A stretch of 64,000 nucleotides of DNA from Nitrosopumilus sp. (lineage in GTDB: Archaea > Thermoproteota > Nitrososphaeria > Nitrososphaerales > Nitrosopumilaceae). Position numbers and translations under genes: made by a program. The stretch lies in assembly GCA_963662625.1 (NCBI GenBank), contig OY759726.1, positions 1,408,001-1,472,000 of the forward strand, read 5' to 3'. Position 1 is the stretch's first letter. Each line of letters starts with the position of its first letter. The notes below the pieces were generated by a model. It was not told the DNA's origin, did no database searches, and worked only from the letters and a program-made list of their open reading frames with translations. Positions 1-10,017 of the stretch are shown here, piece after piece.

Positions 1-601
1 TCCCCCCCGGCAGGGGGATCCCGAGCCTCTGGTGGAGCGCGTTCACCCGCATCACCGAGTCGTGCAGGTACAGGGGCCCCCAGTGCCCGAAGAGCTGGGT
101 CAGGGTCTGGGCCTTGCCCAGCGAGTACCCGAGCAGGATCACGGGTATCCCCCTGCCGTACAGCCCGGACACCAGCTCGTTCACGCGCCTCTGGACCTCG
201 GCCGTCCCCGGGAACACGAACTCCGGCAGCCCGAAAGTGCACTCGGTGATGAGCGTCTTGCACCTGGGGACCCTGGCGCCCCTGAGGAACCCGCGGTCGC
301 GAGTGCAGATGTCGCCGGTATAGAATATGCCGTCGAAGAGGAGCCCCCTTGCCCCCAGCACGTGCCCCGTGTCCACCAGGGAGAAACCGTCCAGCCGCTC
401 GACGTGGCCCCGCATGTCTACCCCGCGTAGGCCGGCGATCTCGGCGGTCTCCCGCGACGCCAGTATGGTCCCGCCGGTCCTGGACGGGAGGTGGTCGGAG
501 TGGGCGTGGGACACAAAGTGCACGTCCCCGGCGCCGGCGTTCCTGGGATCCAGGCGCACCCGCCTGCCGTTGGGGGTGCACAGGATGCCGTTTTTTGTCA
601 T
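1..601 (-). CDS. MBL-fold metallo-hydrolase / beta-CASP-type nuclease (3' end runs off window)
   Basis: Manual translation from ATG 601: MTKNGILC...HFVSHAHSDHL...DTGHVLGA...FYTGD...LITECTFG...GYSLGKAQ; HxHxDH and beta-CASP motifs; absent from the ORF track because truncated. Confidence 0.85.
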   Translation of the reverse strand, partial: MTKNGILCTPNGRRVRLDPRNAGAGDVHFVSHAHSDHLPSRTGGTILASRETAEIAGLRGVDMRGHVERLDGFSLVDTGHVLGARGLLFDGIFYTGDICTRDRGFLRGARVPRCKTLITECTFGLPEFVFPGTAEVQRRVNELVSGLYGRGIPVILLGYSLGKAQTLTQLFGHWGPLYLHDSVMRVNALHQRLGIPLPGG

Positions 602-650
602 CCGGACGGGGCCTGCCAATGCCAGACAGGGCTAGCGGATTTGATATAAA

Positions 651-1295
651 TTGCCGGATTTGCCAAGTATTGACCAGTTGCTAAATCTGGGGATTTTGAT
701 TTCGGGTCGCGGGAGCAACATGGAGGCCATCGTGAGGTCCGCGAGGGACGGCGGCATCCCGGCCAACCCCGCGGTGGTGGTGTCAAACAGGCCCGACGCG
801 GCGGGGCTGGGCGCCGCGGAGCGCCTGGGCGTCAGGACGGCGGTGGTCGAGAGCAGGGGGTTCGGGGGGAGCAGGCAGGAATACGACCGGCTGGTCGCCG
901 ACGAGCTTGCGAGCAACGGGGTCACCCCGGATGGAGGGCTCGTGTGCCTGGCGGGGTTCATGAGGATACTGGGCCCCGAGTTCGTCAGGACGTACAAAGG
1001 CAGGGTGATCAACGTGCACCCGGCGCTGCTGCCCGCGTTCCCGGGCCTGGACGCCCAAAGGCAGGCCCTGGACTACGGAGTCAGGTATTCGGGCTGCACC
1101 GTCCACTTTGTGGATCCCGGGGTCGACACGGGGCCCATAATCCTGCAGGAGGCAGTCGAGGTCCTGGAGGGGGACACCGTGGAGGCGCTGTCCGAAAGGA
1201 TCCTTGCAAGGGAGCACGTGGCGTACCCGGAGGCGGTGAGGCTGTTCGCGCTGGGCAGGCTCAGGGTCTCCGGGCGCAGGGTGATCGTAGGCTGA
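651..1295 (+). CDS. purN: phosphoribosylglycinamide formyltransferase
   Basis: LISGRGSNM, LAGFMRIL, NVHPALLPAFPG, GCTVHFVD.GVDTGPII motifs. Confidence 0.95.
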   Translation: MPDLPSIDQLLNLGILISGRGSNMEAIVRSARDGGIPANPAVVVSNRPDAAGLGAAERLGVRTAVVESRGFGGSRQEYDRLVADELASNGVTPDGGLVCLAGFMRILGPEFVRTYKGRVINVHPALLPAFPGLDAQRQALDYGVRYSGCTVHFVDPGVDTGPIILQEAVEVLEGDTVEALSERILAREHVAYPEAVRLFALGRLRVSGRRVIVG

Positions 1296-1308
1296 TCCCG
1301 GGGGCGCG

Positions 1309-2640
1309 CTAGCCCCCGAGGAACGCGCCGATCTTCGGCAGGCACAGGAGCGAGCTGTGCGCCGCCGAGTCAGTCCCTATGCCGTAACTCACGGTCGAGT
1401 CCCCCACGAAGTACAGCCCCCGCACGCCGGGCGCCTCGTGGGGCGCCTTTGACTTCCACACCAGGCCCGGCCCCTTTGCCACCGACTCCACCAGGCTCCA
1501 CGCCATGGGCCTGTCCCAGAGCAGCGCCTCCCTGAAGCCCGGGTAGATCGAGGAGATCTCGTCCTTCATCCTCTCCGTGATCTCCCTTATCCTCGCGGGA
1601 TCCGCTGCGTCCGCCGCCGACACGGGGGTGCCCGACATCATCAGGTGCTCCCCCGGCGGGGACACCGACGGCGCGATGTTTGAGATGAAGAAGATGCCCT
1701 TCGCGGCATAGTCGCCCACCGGAAAGACCACCTGCCTCGTGTCGATCCGCCTGTCCAGCGCGAAGTGGGCCTCCACCACCGCCGTGGTCCTGTCCAGCCC
1801 GTTTATCCTGTCGACGAACCCCCCGTCGAAGGTGCCCTCCCCGAACAGGCGGTTTACCGCCTGGTATGCGGGCAGGGACACCACGACGCACCTGGAAGGG
1901 AGGAACCCGCCGTCCTCCAGCACGATCCCCTCGACCCGGGACCCGCTCACCCTCACGGACCTGACCGGCGACCCGAGGCGCACCTCGCCGCCGTTTGCCA
2001 CGACGTAGCGCGCCAGCGCCTTGGATATCGCGTCGTACCCCCCGTCGCCGGGGTACGCGAACTCGCTCGTCCCTCCCCTGAAGGGGTTGGCGCGGATCAT
2101 GGTCCTTGCAAACTCGCCGAGGGACACGTGGTCCGCGGTGTCCGCAAACGCCAGCATGCATACGGCATCGAAGAACGCGCCGGCGCTGGGGTCGAGGTTC
2201 TGCGTGATCTCGTCCAGCGCCCTGCCGTCCCACTCCTCGGCCTTTTCCATCGACGCGAAGGCCATGGGCAGCAGTATCCTCAGCAGGGCCAACCTGCTTG
2301 CGAACGGGATCATCGACAGCCTGAGGAGATCCGCGATCCCCCTGGGGTACCTGTGGAAAGCCGCGCCGGAATAGAACGCGATCCTGTCCACCTTGGCGAG
2401 CCTGACGTCTGACTCTATCCCGAGCTTCTTGAGGACCTCGAAGACCGCCGACTTCTTGTAGAACGGCATTATGTGGAAGCCGTTGTCCAGGATGTGGTTC
2501 CTGAACGTGGTGGATGCCGTCCTCCCGCCCACCCTGCCTGCCTTCTCGAACACGCTCACGGCGTGCCCGTCCCTTGCAAGCAGCGCCGCGGTTGTCAGCC
2601 CCCCGACGCCGGCCCCTATGACGAATACCCGGTCGCCCAC
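1309..2640 (-). CDS. FAD-dependent oxidoreductase (phytoene desaturase/amine oxidase family)
   Basis: VIGAGVGGL..A, FEK...VGGR, DNGFH, C-terminal GLYFVGD. Confidence 0.85.
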   Translation of the reverse strand: MGDRVFVIGAGVGGLTTAALLARDGHAVSVFEKAGRVGGRTASTTFRNHILDNGFHIMPFYKKSAVFEVLKKLGIESDVRLAKVDRIAFYSGAAFHRYPRGIADLLRLSMIPFASRLALLRILLPMAFASMEKAEEWDGRALDEITQNLDPSAGAFFDAVCMLAFADTADHVSLGEFARTMIRANPFRGGTSEFAYPGDGGYDAISKALARYVVANGGEVRLGSPVRSVRVSGSRVEGIVLEDGGFLPSRCVVVSLPAYQAVNRLFGEGTFDGGFVDRINGLDRTTAVVEAHFALDRRIDTRQVVFPVGDYAAKGIFFISNIAPSVSPPGEHLMMSGTPVSAADAADPARIREITERMKDEISSIYPGFREALLWDRPMAWSLVESVAKGPGLVWKSKAPHEAPGVRGLYFVGDSTVSYGIGTDSAAHSSLLCLPKIGAFLGG

Positions 2641-2743
2641 GTGTTTACGACGCCGGGTCGGTATTTATAGGCGGGACGGGATCGGCGGCTAGTGCCTAAT
2701 GGCGGCGGGCCGGGGATCCGCCGCGCGCAGGCCGGAAGAATCA

Positions 2744-2840
2744 TGGTGGACCGGGTGGGATTCGGACCCACGACCTTTGCGGGGGCTTTTCCCCTTACGC
2801 AGTGTGAGTGCGTCATCCTAACCGACTAGACTACCGGTCC
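2744..2840 (-). tRNA. tRNA-Val(CAC) with 20-nt non-canonical intron (44/45), encoded CCA
   Basis: Reverse complement folds: GGACCGG/CCGGTCC acceptor, ACGCA-CTCACAC-TGCGT anticodon arm, GTGGG-TCCGAAT-CCCAC T arm, 3' ACCA; 20 extra nt in the variable region form a BHB-like motif. Confidence 0.9.
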
Positions 2841-2905
2841 GACAACACTATGGCAGGGGTGTTTTTTTGTCTTTAGTTTCGGCCCGGAACCGCCGGAGGG
2901 CGGCG

Positions 2906-3073
2906 CTACTTCTTGATGCCCATGTTCCTGTTCTTGAGCCTCAGGTACGGGTTCCTGCACTTCCTGCACCGGGAGGCGTTCACGTCGTTCCTGCACCCGC
3001 AGTTGAAGCAGATCTTCATCACCAGCCTGGCGCCCTGCGCTATCCTCTTCTTCTCGGGGTCGGTTATCGGCAT
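2906..3073 (-). CDS. rpl40e: 50S ribosomal protein L40e
   Basis: Manual translation MPITDPEKKRIAQGARLVMKICFNCGCRNDVNASRCRKCRNPYLRLKNRNMGIKK. Confidence 0.93.
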   Translation of the reverse strand: MPITDPEKKRIAQGARLVMKICFNCGCRNDVNASRCRKCRNPYLRLKNRNMGIKK

Positions 3074-3103
3074 GGCTGTCCTCCCTGCTGCCTCTCTTTT
3101 ATT

Positions 3104-4021
3104 CTAATCGGATTTCACCATCTTCCCCGCTAGCAGGATCGACACCTCTGCCGGCCTCTTCGCCACGGGCACGTTTGCCTTGTTGAACATGGATATCTTG
3201 GACTCGGCCGAGCCGTACGTCCCCATGACTATGGCCCCGGCGTGCCCCATCCTCTTCTCCTTGGGGGCGGCCCTGCCCGCGATGTACGCCACCGTCGGCT
3301 TTGCGAACCCCGAGTCGATTATCCTCTGGGCCAGGATTTCCTCGGAGTCGCCCCCTATCTCGCCTACCACCACGAGCCCCTCGAGGTCAGGAACGTCCCT
3401 TACCATCTCGAACGCGTCGATGAGCCTCGTCCCGTTTATGGGATCCCCGCCTATCCCGATCGTGATTGCCTGGCCGAACCCGGCGCTGCTCAGCGCGTCG
3501 GCTATCTCGTAGAGCAGCGTGCCGCTCTTTGAGATCAGCGCGACCCTCCCTGCCTTGAACGGCGAGGCCGGCATTATGCCGATCTTGATCAGCCCGGGTA
3601 TCATGATCCCCGGCGTGTTGGGGCCGATCACTGTGGCGCCCTTCTCCCTCGCAAGGGCCACCACCTGCATGGTGTCCCTCACCGGGACGTGTTCCGGGAT
3701 CGCCACCAGGAGCTTTATCCCGGCCTCCAGCGCCTCCCTCGCGGCGTCCAGGAAGAACCTTGCCGGGACGAACACCGCCGATATCCTGGCGCCCGTGGCG
3801 TCCACCGCCTCCCGCACGGTGTCGTATACCGGGACGGAGTCGCCGAACTTCTGCCCCCCCTTGCCCGGGGTCACGCCGGCCACGACGTTGGTGCCGTACT
3901 CGATCATGTTCTTGGTGTGCAGCGAGCCGTACGCGCCGGTCATCCCCTGGACTATCACGCCCTTCTTCCCGTAGTCGGGATCCCCGGGGCTGCCCCTCAG
4001 GAGCTCGAACACGCCGGTCAT
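3104..4021 (-). CDS. sucD: succinyl-CoA synthetase alpha subunit
   Basis: VQGMTG, GVTPGKGG, IGPNTPG, SKSGTL, RMGHAGA phospho-His motif; start taken at ATG 4021 overlapping the sucC stop. Confidence 0.95.
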   Translation of the reverse strand: MTGVFELLRGSPGDPDYGKKGVIVQGMTGAYGSLHTKNMIEYGTNVVAGVTPGKGGQKFGDSVPVYDTVREAVDATGARISAVFVPARFFLDAAREALEAGIKLLVAIPEHVPVRDTMQVVALAREKGATVIGPNTPGIMIPGLIKIGIMPASPFKAGRVALISKSGTLLYEIADALSSAGFGQAITIGIGGDPINGTRLIDAFEMVRDVPDLEGLVVVGEIGGDSEEILAQRIIDSGFAKPTVAYIAGRAAPKEKRMGHAGAIVMGTYGSAESKISMFNKANVPVAKRPAEVSILLAGKMVKSD

Positions 4022-5124
4022 CCCCTCGTCCCCATAACTGCCGCGTTTATGGCCTCCTCGACGGAGTCGTAGATGCTCGTCCTCGAGTCCCGCAGCATCT
4101 CCCTCGCCCTGTCGGACTCGGCCCCCTTGAGCCTCGAGAATACCGGGACGTCGATGACGCCGTCGGCGTACGCCTTCAGGAACGCCTCCGCGACCACAGT
4201 GGTCTTCACTATCCCGCCGTACAGGTTCACCAGTATCCCCCGGACCCGGCCCATGTTGCCTATTAGCTTCAGCGCCTCGTACACGGACTCGGTGGTGGCC
4301 CCGCCCCCCACGTCCAGGAAGCACGCCGGCGTGCCGCCGTTGTCCGACAGCATGTCCAGCGTGGACATCACGAGGCCCGCGCCGTTTCCCACCACGGCGA
4401 TGTCGCCGTCAAGCTCGACCAGCGAAAAGCCGCTCTTGGCGGCCCTCTCCTCCACCTGAGAGGCCTCCTGGTACTTTTGCAGCTCGCCGTGCCTGAAGTT
4501 GCTGTTGTCGTCCGTCACCATCTTCCCGTCAAGCGCCACCAGCGAGCCGTCCTGCATCACGGCAAGCGGGTTTATCTCCACGAGCTCCGCCTCCTTCTCG
4601 ACTGCCAGCCTCGACAGCCTCAGCAGCATGTCCGCAAAGTCGCCCGCGGACCTGCCCTCCAGCCCGATCTCCCCGGCGACCTCCCCGGCCACGTCCTCCG
4701 GGACGTCTCCGAGCCCGACGTCCCTCACCGTCTGGTTCTTGACCGACTCGATGTCCACCCCGCCCTCCGAGGACGCGATGACGGTGTAGCGCCTCTTCGA
4801 GCGGTCGAGGAACAGCGACAGGTACAGCTCCCCCTTGACGTCGGCCATCTTTTCTAGCAGGACCGCCCTCGCGGCCTCGCCCTTTATCCTGAGGCCCAGC
4901 ACCTGCGGGAACTTCAACTCGAGCTCGTCGGCGTTCCTGCACACCTGGATGCCCCCTGCCTTGCCCCTGCCGCCCACGGGGACCTGTATCTTTGCCACCA
5001 GCGGGTAGCCGAGCTCCGCTGCGTGCGCCCTTGCCTCCTCCATGCCGTGGCACGCCCTGCTCGGCAGCAGCGCTATCCCGTACTCCCCGAACAGCTCCTT
5101 TGCCTGGTATTCCAGCAGACGCAT
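4018..5124 (-). CDS. sucC: succinyl-CoA synthetase beta subunit
   Basis: MRLLEYQAKELF, GGRGKAGG, EINPL, GNGAGLVM, FLDVGGGA. Confidence 0.95.
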   Translation of the reverse strand: MRLLEYQAKELFGEYGIALLPSRACHGMEEARAHAAELGYPLVAKIQVPVGGRGKAGGIQVCRNADELELKFPQVLGLRIKGEAARAVLLEKMADVKGELYLSLFLDRSKRRYTVIASSEGGVDIESVKNQTVRDVGLGDVPEDVAGEVAGEIGLEGRSAGDFADMLLRLSRLAVEKEAELVEINPLAVMQDGSLVALDGKMVTDDNSNFRHGELQKYQEASQVEERAAKSGFSLVELDGDIAVVGNGAGLVMSTLDMLSDNGGTPACFLDVGGGATTESVYEALKLIGNMGRVRGILVNLYGGIVKTTVVAEAFLKAYADGVIDVPVFSRLKGAESDRAREMLRDSRTSIYDSVEEAINAAVMGTRG

Positions 5125-5164
5125 TCAGTGTCACTGCCCATTATGGCATTTATTAACCATGGCG

Positions 5165-5494
5165 TCATTTCAGGCTCTCCTCGAGGACGTCGATCGTCTC
5201 CAGGAACCTGTCCCTGCTCTTCCTCCGCAGGACCCGGGGAAACTCGTCCAGCGCGAAGACCCGCTGCTGGTGGAAGCTCGGGGGCGTGACGCCCCCGGAC
5301 GTGACCAGCTGCTCGATCACGTGCCCCCCAGTTAGGGTGCAGACGATCTCCTCGTACGATCCGTCCTCCTCCTCCAGCGTCTGCCTGTACAGCACTATCG
5401 GCCTGTTCGTCTTGGCGGCGATGCCGGATCCCCTCCTCAGCAGATCGGTCAGGTGCTTGACCTGCCACGCGTCGAGGCTGATCTGCTTTACCAT
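5165..5494 (-). CDS. conserved hypothetical protein
   Basis: 109-aa ORF with normal composition, co-oriented with neighbours, AT-rich upstream region. Confidence 0.7.
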   Translation of the reverse strand: MVKQISLDAWQVKHLTDLLRRGSGIAAKTNRPIVLYRQTLEEEDGSYEEIVCTLTGGHVIEQLVTSGGVTPPSFHQQRVFALDEFPRVLRRKSRDRFLETIDVLEESLK

Positions 5495-5549
5495 GGATCC
5501 CTTGCGTTTTTTTTCTATTTAACGGTGAAATGCGGCCGGACGGCCCGGG

Positions 5550-6137
5550 TCAGGCCATGTCGAGCGCCCTGGAATGCTTCCTCGTGTGGGGCCTCTCCCC
5601 GGAGTGCCTCCTCCGCATGTGGCCCGACGGCCTGCCGTATAGCAGCTCGAGGAACCACGACTCGTGCTCTATCTCCTCAGCCAGGATGTCCTTCGCTATG
5701 TCGTACGTCGCGGGATCCTTCCCGTGCGTCATGCTGCAGATCTTGTCCCAGTTGACGATTGCGCCCTGCTCGGCCTTGAGGCACTTCTTTAGTATGGCCT
5801 TGTGGTCCGTGGGCTTTGCCGGGAGCTGCAGGAACTCGCACCCAGACATCCTGATGAACTCGGTGGCGTCGTTGGGGAGGGATCCGCCCAGCTGGTAGAT
5901 CCTCTCGATGCACGACTCGAAGTGGCTGAGATCCTCCAGCCTGGCGTCCTCGATGATCCCCTTGAGCCCCTCGCCCTCCATGCCGGTGCAGTGCGCCCGG
6001 AGGTTGGTGAAGTAATAGTACGCGGTAAACTCCACCGCCGCGTTCTTGACGAGCTCGCCGACCAGCGCCTCGACGTCCACCCCGTTCTTCCTCAGGACGT
6101 TGATGCCTACCACGTTCGGGCCCTTCGCTCTTGCCAC
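5550..6137 (-). CDS. Dps-like (DPSL) ferritin-superfamily protein
   Basis: EFTAYYYFT, EDARLEDLSHFE, ERIYQLGG, AEQGAI, ILAEEIEHE di-iron motifs. Confidence 0.88.
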   Translation of the reverse strand: MARAKGPNVVGINVLRKNGVDVEALVGELVKNAAVEFTAYYYFTNLRAHCTGMEGEGLKGIIEDARLEDLSHFESCIERIYQLGGSLPNDATEFIRMSGCEFLQLPAKPTDHKAILKKCLKAEQGAIVNWDKICSMTHGKDPATYDIAKDILAEEIEHESWFLELLYGRPSGHMRRRHSGERPHTRKHSRALDMA

Positions 6138-6191
6138 CCCCTACCTGCGGGGCGCGTTGTAATAAAAATATCGCAATCCGCGCCGGGCGGC

Positions 6192-9100
6192 TCACTCCAC
6201 CGATATCCTGATCTTCAGGCCGTCGACGTCCTCGTCCTTGTACTCCCTGCACGATCCCCCAAAGTCGACCTTCCTCACCCTTACCAGGAACGCCAGGTCC
6301 CCGGCCATCTCCCTGACCATCCCCAGCGACTCGTCGTCCAGGCCCAGCACCGACGCGGTGTCGAGGACGTCGGTCGGGTCGTACCCCCTCTCCTTTCGCA
6401 GCTCCTGCAGCCTCCTGGCGATGTCCTTGACCAGGCCGCGCGCCGTCATCTCCCTGCTCCTGGCGGTGGACACGAACACCGTGCACCCGTCGCGGCTTGC
6501 CGCCGCGTAGCCCTGCGCGGCCTCGAAGCCCACCTCGAAGTCGCCGGCGTCGAGGGTGATCTCCCGGCCGCCCACCTCGAACGCGTACCGCGAGTCCCGC
6601 CGCAGCGCCGAGACGATCTCCCCGGGGTCGGTCCCGGAGAACGCGTCGGCCAGCCCCGCCATGCGGTCCTTGGCCTTGGGGCCCACCTTCTTCCTGTCCA
6701 GGCCCACCACCGGCCTTGCCGGCAGCCCGAGCCCCGCCATCTCCGCCACCTGCCCGAGGCCGTCCGCCTCCCGGGTCTCGAAGACGGAGAACCTCTCCAC
6801 GTTGAGCCGGGACCTCAGCAGCCCCGAGAGGGACTCCAGCTTGCCCTTCTCCCCGGCGCCGACGCATATCAGCGCCTCGTCAAGCGGCCACCTCCTCTTC
6901 AGCCTGCCCTTGGTCCTCGCGGCCCACGACGCCGACACCGCGACGTTCATGACGTCGAAGGCCTCCTCGACCCCGGCGTCCACCATGTCTTCCACGTACT
7001 CCGGCCAGCTCTCCAGCAGGATGGACTCCTTGCCGGGGAACGCCGCCTGGTAGAGGTACTCGCTGGTGAACGGGCAGACCGGGTGGATGAGCACGTCGAG
7101 CGTCCTTAGCACGTGCGCCATGACGGCGTAGATCGCGAGCCTCCTGTCCCTCTTGGACTCGTCCTCGTCCCACAGCTCCGCCTTGGTGACCTGGACGTAG
7201 TCCTGGCTCAGGCAGTTGATGACGTAGTCGTCCACGGCACGTGCCGCCTCGTGGAACCGGCACGACCCGAACCCCTCGGTGGCCTTTCGCACAAGGCCCT
7301 GCAGCTTTGAGAGCAGCCAGACGTCGGGCGGCCCCAGGAGCCCGTTTTCCCGCGCCCACGCGACGGTGTGCGAGCCGCCAAAGCCGTCGTACCGGCTGTT
7401 CTGCGTGAAGTAGAGGTGCAGGTTGTACAGCGTGTTCACGATCTGGTACGGCCTCGACATCATCTCGTCGGTGCTGAACCGCAGCGGCTCTATGGGGCTC
7501 GCCTTCCACACGAAGTAGAGCCTCACGAGGTCCGCCGGGTACCTGGCGAGGAGGTCCGCGCCGTCAATCACGTTGCCGAGGCTCTTGCTCATCTTCCCCC
7601 CCTTCTCGTCCAGGACGTGCCCCTGGAACAGGAACGCCCGGTACGGCGGGGACGCCCCGCCGCTCAGGATCACGTTCTCGATGAGCAGGGTGTACGCCCA
7701 CCCCCTGGTCTGGTCGATCCCCTCGGTGAAGAACGGCGCCGGGATCGACCCGGAGTACTCCTCGTCGGTCAGGGAGGCAAACGGCGCGGCGCCGCTGTTG
7801 TGCCACGTGTCCAGGACGTACTCCTCCCTTGCCGTGTCAGTCCCCCCGCAGTGCCTGCACCTTACGGCGATCCTGTCGATCCAGGGCCTGTGGAGCTCGA
7901 AGCCGGGGCCGTCCGGGAGGCTGGCCGCCGCGTCCACGATCTCCTTCCTGGTGAAGAACCAGCTCCGCTTCCGGCACCCGCCGCACGTCCACACCGGGAG
8001 CGGGCACCCCCAGAACCTCTCCCTCGAGATGCACCACGGGTGCCTCTCCCCCACGATTCCGAGGAACCTGTTCCTCGGCTGGTCAAAGTAGTACTCCACG
8101 CCTGCCGCCGCGTCCACCGCCCTGTCCCCCAGCCTGTCCAGCTTGTAGAACCAGCCCTTCCTCGCCAGCCACACTATCGGGTGGCCCGACCTCCAGCACA
8201 GCGGGTACTTGTGCCTTATCCTGCCGATCCTGACCAGCGCCCCGCGGTCCCTCAGGTCCTCGACCACCCTCCCGTCCGCGTCCCTGACGAACATGCCCGC
8301 GTACCTGCCGGCCTCCCCCGTGAACCTCACCTCGTCGTCTATGGGGCTGAACACCGCGACGCCCCTCCTGTTTGCGATGCCGATGTCCTCCTCGCCGTTG
8401 GCGGGGGACAGGTGCACGATGCCGCTCCCGGTGGCGGCGTCCACGAACCCCTCGGCCACCGCCACGTGGAAGTTGTCCCCCCGCGCTAGCTCTGCCAGTC
8501 CCGGGACGACGTCCAGGAGCGGGTGGGCGTACTTCTTCCCCTCGAAGTACGATCCCTTGACGGTCCTCTCCACCTCGTATTCCGCCACCCCGGCCTCCTC
8601 CATGAACCCCTCCAGCCTGGCCCTCCCCACGACCCACGACTCGCCGCCCACCCTGGCAAAGACATAGTCCTCGTCGGGCTTGAGCCCCACCATCGCGTCG
8701 GTCACCAGCGTGAACGGCATCGTGGTCCAGACGATCAGGAACGCGTCCTCGTCCCTGAGCCTGACCTTGTAGTACAGCGACGGGTCGCTGACCTCCCCGT
8801 AGCCCTGGTTTACCTCGGCGTGGCTCAGCGACGTCTGGCAGCTCGGGCAGTACGCGATCACCGTAAAGTCCTCCTCGAGTATCCCGCCCTCGAGCGCCCT
8901 CCTCAGGACCTGCCACTCCCTCTCGATGAAGCCGTCGCGGTACGTCCAGTACGCCCTGTCGTGGTTGAACGACACGCCGAGCAGCCCGTCCACCTCGACC
9001 CACTTTGAGTTGAACCTTTCCACTATGTCCTTGCACTCGCGCACCAGCCTCTCGATGCCGACGCTCCGCGCCACCTCGGACTTTCCGCCCTTGATCCCGA

Positions 9101-9389
9101 GCTCCTTTTCCGCCTGCAGCTCCACCGGGAGACCCTGGGTGTCCCACCCCCCGTTGAAGGTGACCTCCCTGCCCTGGAGGGTGTTGAACCTGTACCACAG
9201 GTCCTTGATCACCCTGCCGCGGAGGTGGCCCGCGTGGGGGACCCCGTTCATGGTGGGGGGGCCCTCGATGAACATGATCTTCTCGGTCCTGCCCGAGTCG
9301 CGGATCCGCCCCTCCACGCCGGCCCGCCTTGAGTGCTGCCTGACTTGCTCCTCGATCTTCTTGGCGTCGAACTTGGGGGCCAGATCCAT
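6192..9389 (-). CDS. ileS: isoleucyl-tRNA synthetase
   Basis: EGPPTMNG.PHAGH (HIGH), GWDTQGLPVE, WTTMPFTL, WCISRER.WG, EGIDQTRGW, KMSKS. Confidence 0.97.
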   Translation of the reverse strand: MDLAPKFDAKKIEEQVRQHSRRAGVEGRIRDSGRTEKIMFIEGPPTMNGVPHAGHLRGRVIKDLWYRFNTLQGREVTFNGGWDTQGLPVELQAEKELGIKGGKSEVARSVGIERLVRECKDIVERFNSKWVEVDGLLGVSFNHDRAYWTYRDGFIEREWQVLRRALEGGILEEDFTVIAYCPSCQTSLSHAEVNQGYGEVSDPSLYYKVRLRDEDAFLIVWTTMPFTLVTDAMVGLKPDEDYVFARVGGESWVVGRARLEGFMEEAGVAEYEVERTVKGSYFEGKKYAHPLLDVVPGLAELARGDNFHVAVAEGFVDAATGSGIVHLSPANGEEDIGIANRRGVAVFSPIDDEVRFTGEAGRYAGMFVRDADGRVVEDLRDRGALVRIGRIRHKYPLCWRSGHPIVWLARKGWFYKLDRLGDRAVDAAAGVEYYFDQPRNRFLGIVGERHPWCISRERFWGCPLPVWTCGGCRKRSWFFTRKEIVDAAASLPDGPGFELHRPWIDRIAVRCRHCGGTDTAREEYVLDTWHNSGAAPFASLTDEEYSGSIPAPFFTEGIDQTRGWAYTLLIENVILSGGASPPYRAFLFQGHVLDEKGGKMSKSLGNVIDGADLLARYPADLVRLYFVWKASPIEPLRFSTDEMMSRPYQIVNTLYNLHLYFTQNSRYDGFGGSHTVAWARENGLLGPPDVWLLSKLQGLVRKATEGFGSCRFHEAARAVDDYVINCLSQDYVQVTKAELWDEDESKRDRRLAIYAVMAHVLRTLDVLIHPVCPFTSEYLYQAAFPGKESILLESWPEYVEDMVDAGVEEAFDVMNVAVSASWAARTKGRLKRRWPLDEALICVGAGEKGKLESLSGLLRSRLNVERFSVFETREADGLGQVAEMAGLGLPARPVVGLDRKKVGPKAKDRMAGLADAFSGTDPGEIVSALRRDSRYAFEVGGREITLDAGDFEVGFEAAQGYAAASRDGCTVFVSTARSREMTARGLVKDIARRLQELRKERGYDPTDVLDTASVLGLDDESLGMVREMAGDLAFLVRVRKVDFGGSCREYKDEDVDGLKIRISVE

Positions 9390-9453
9390 ACTGCTGTTGT
9401 GTCCGGGCGTGGCATTATAAAGCTAGATTGGGCGCGCGCCGCCCGGCCGGGGC

Positions 9454-10017
9454 CTAGGCCCCCGCCGTCTCGTAGACGCCGTCCTCGGTGACTATCCAGT
9501 CTATGGCCTGGTCGCCCCCGCGCCGCGGGATGTTCCGGACCACCTGCTTTTCGAGGATCGGCGTGATCGTGACTGCCCCGCTTCCAGCCAGGAACCTGTC
9601 GTAGAACCCGTGGCCGTACCCGAGCCTCGTCCCGTCCGGGGACATCCCCACTGCCGGGACCAGGATGACGTCCAGGGCCCCAGCTGCCGGGCACCTGTCC
9701 CTGGGCTCCATGGTCCCGAAACTGCCGCCCTCCAGGCTTGCAAAGTCCGTAATCTCCCTGAACTCCATGCCCGACCCGACCACCTTGGGGAGTGAGACCT
9801 CCCTGCCCGAGCTGAGCAGCTCCTGGATTATGTCGCGCGTGGGAATCTCGCTGCCGATCTGGTAGTAGAGGCCGATCCTCCCTGCCCCCCTGTACGCGGG
9901 GATCTCCCTCAGCCTGGCCCGGATCTTCCCGGCGGCGATCTCCAGCATGTCCCCCGACGTGCGGTCCCTCCTCTCCAGCAGGAGCCTCCTCAGGGAGTCC
10001 CTCTGGCTACCCGCCAA
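9454..10017 (-). CDS. 5-formyltetrahydrofolate cyclo-ligase
   Basis: GSEIPT, LPKV, ILVPAVG, RLGYGHGFYDRFL, DWIVTE; adjacent to folD. Confidence 0.92.
   Translation of the reverse strand: MAGSQRDSLRRLLLERRDRTSGDMLEIAAGKIRARLREIPAYRGAGRIGLYYQIGSEIPTRDIIQELLSSGREVSLPKVVGSGMEFREITDFASLEGGSFGTMEPRDRCPAAGALDVILVPAVGMSPDGTRLGYGHGFYDRFLAGSGAVTITPILEKQVVRNIPRRGGDQAIDWIVTEDGVYETAGA

Noticed and set aside
2744-2840. Long-variable-arm (Ser/Leu/Sec-type) tRNA
   Set aside because: The anticodon is CAC (Val) and the extra 20 nt fit a BHB-type intron exactly.
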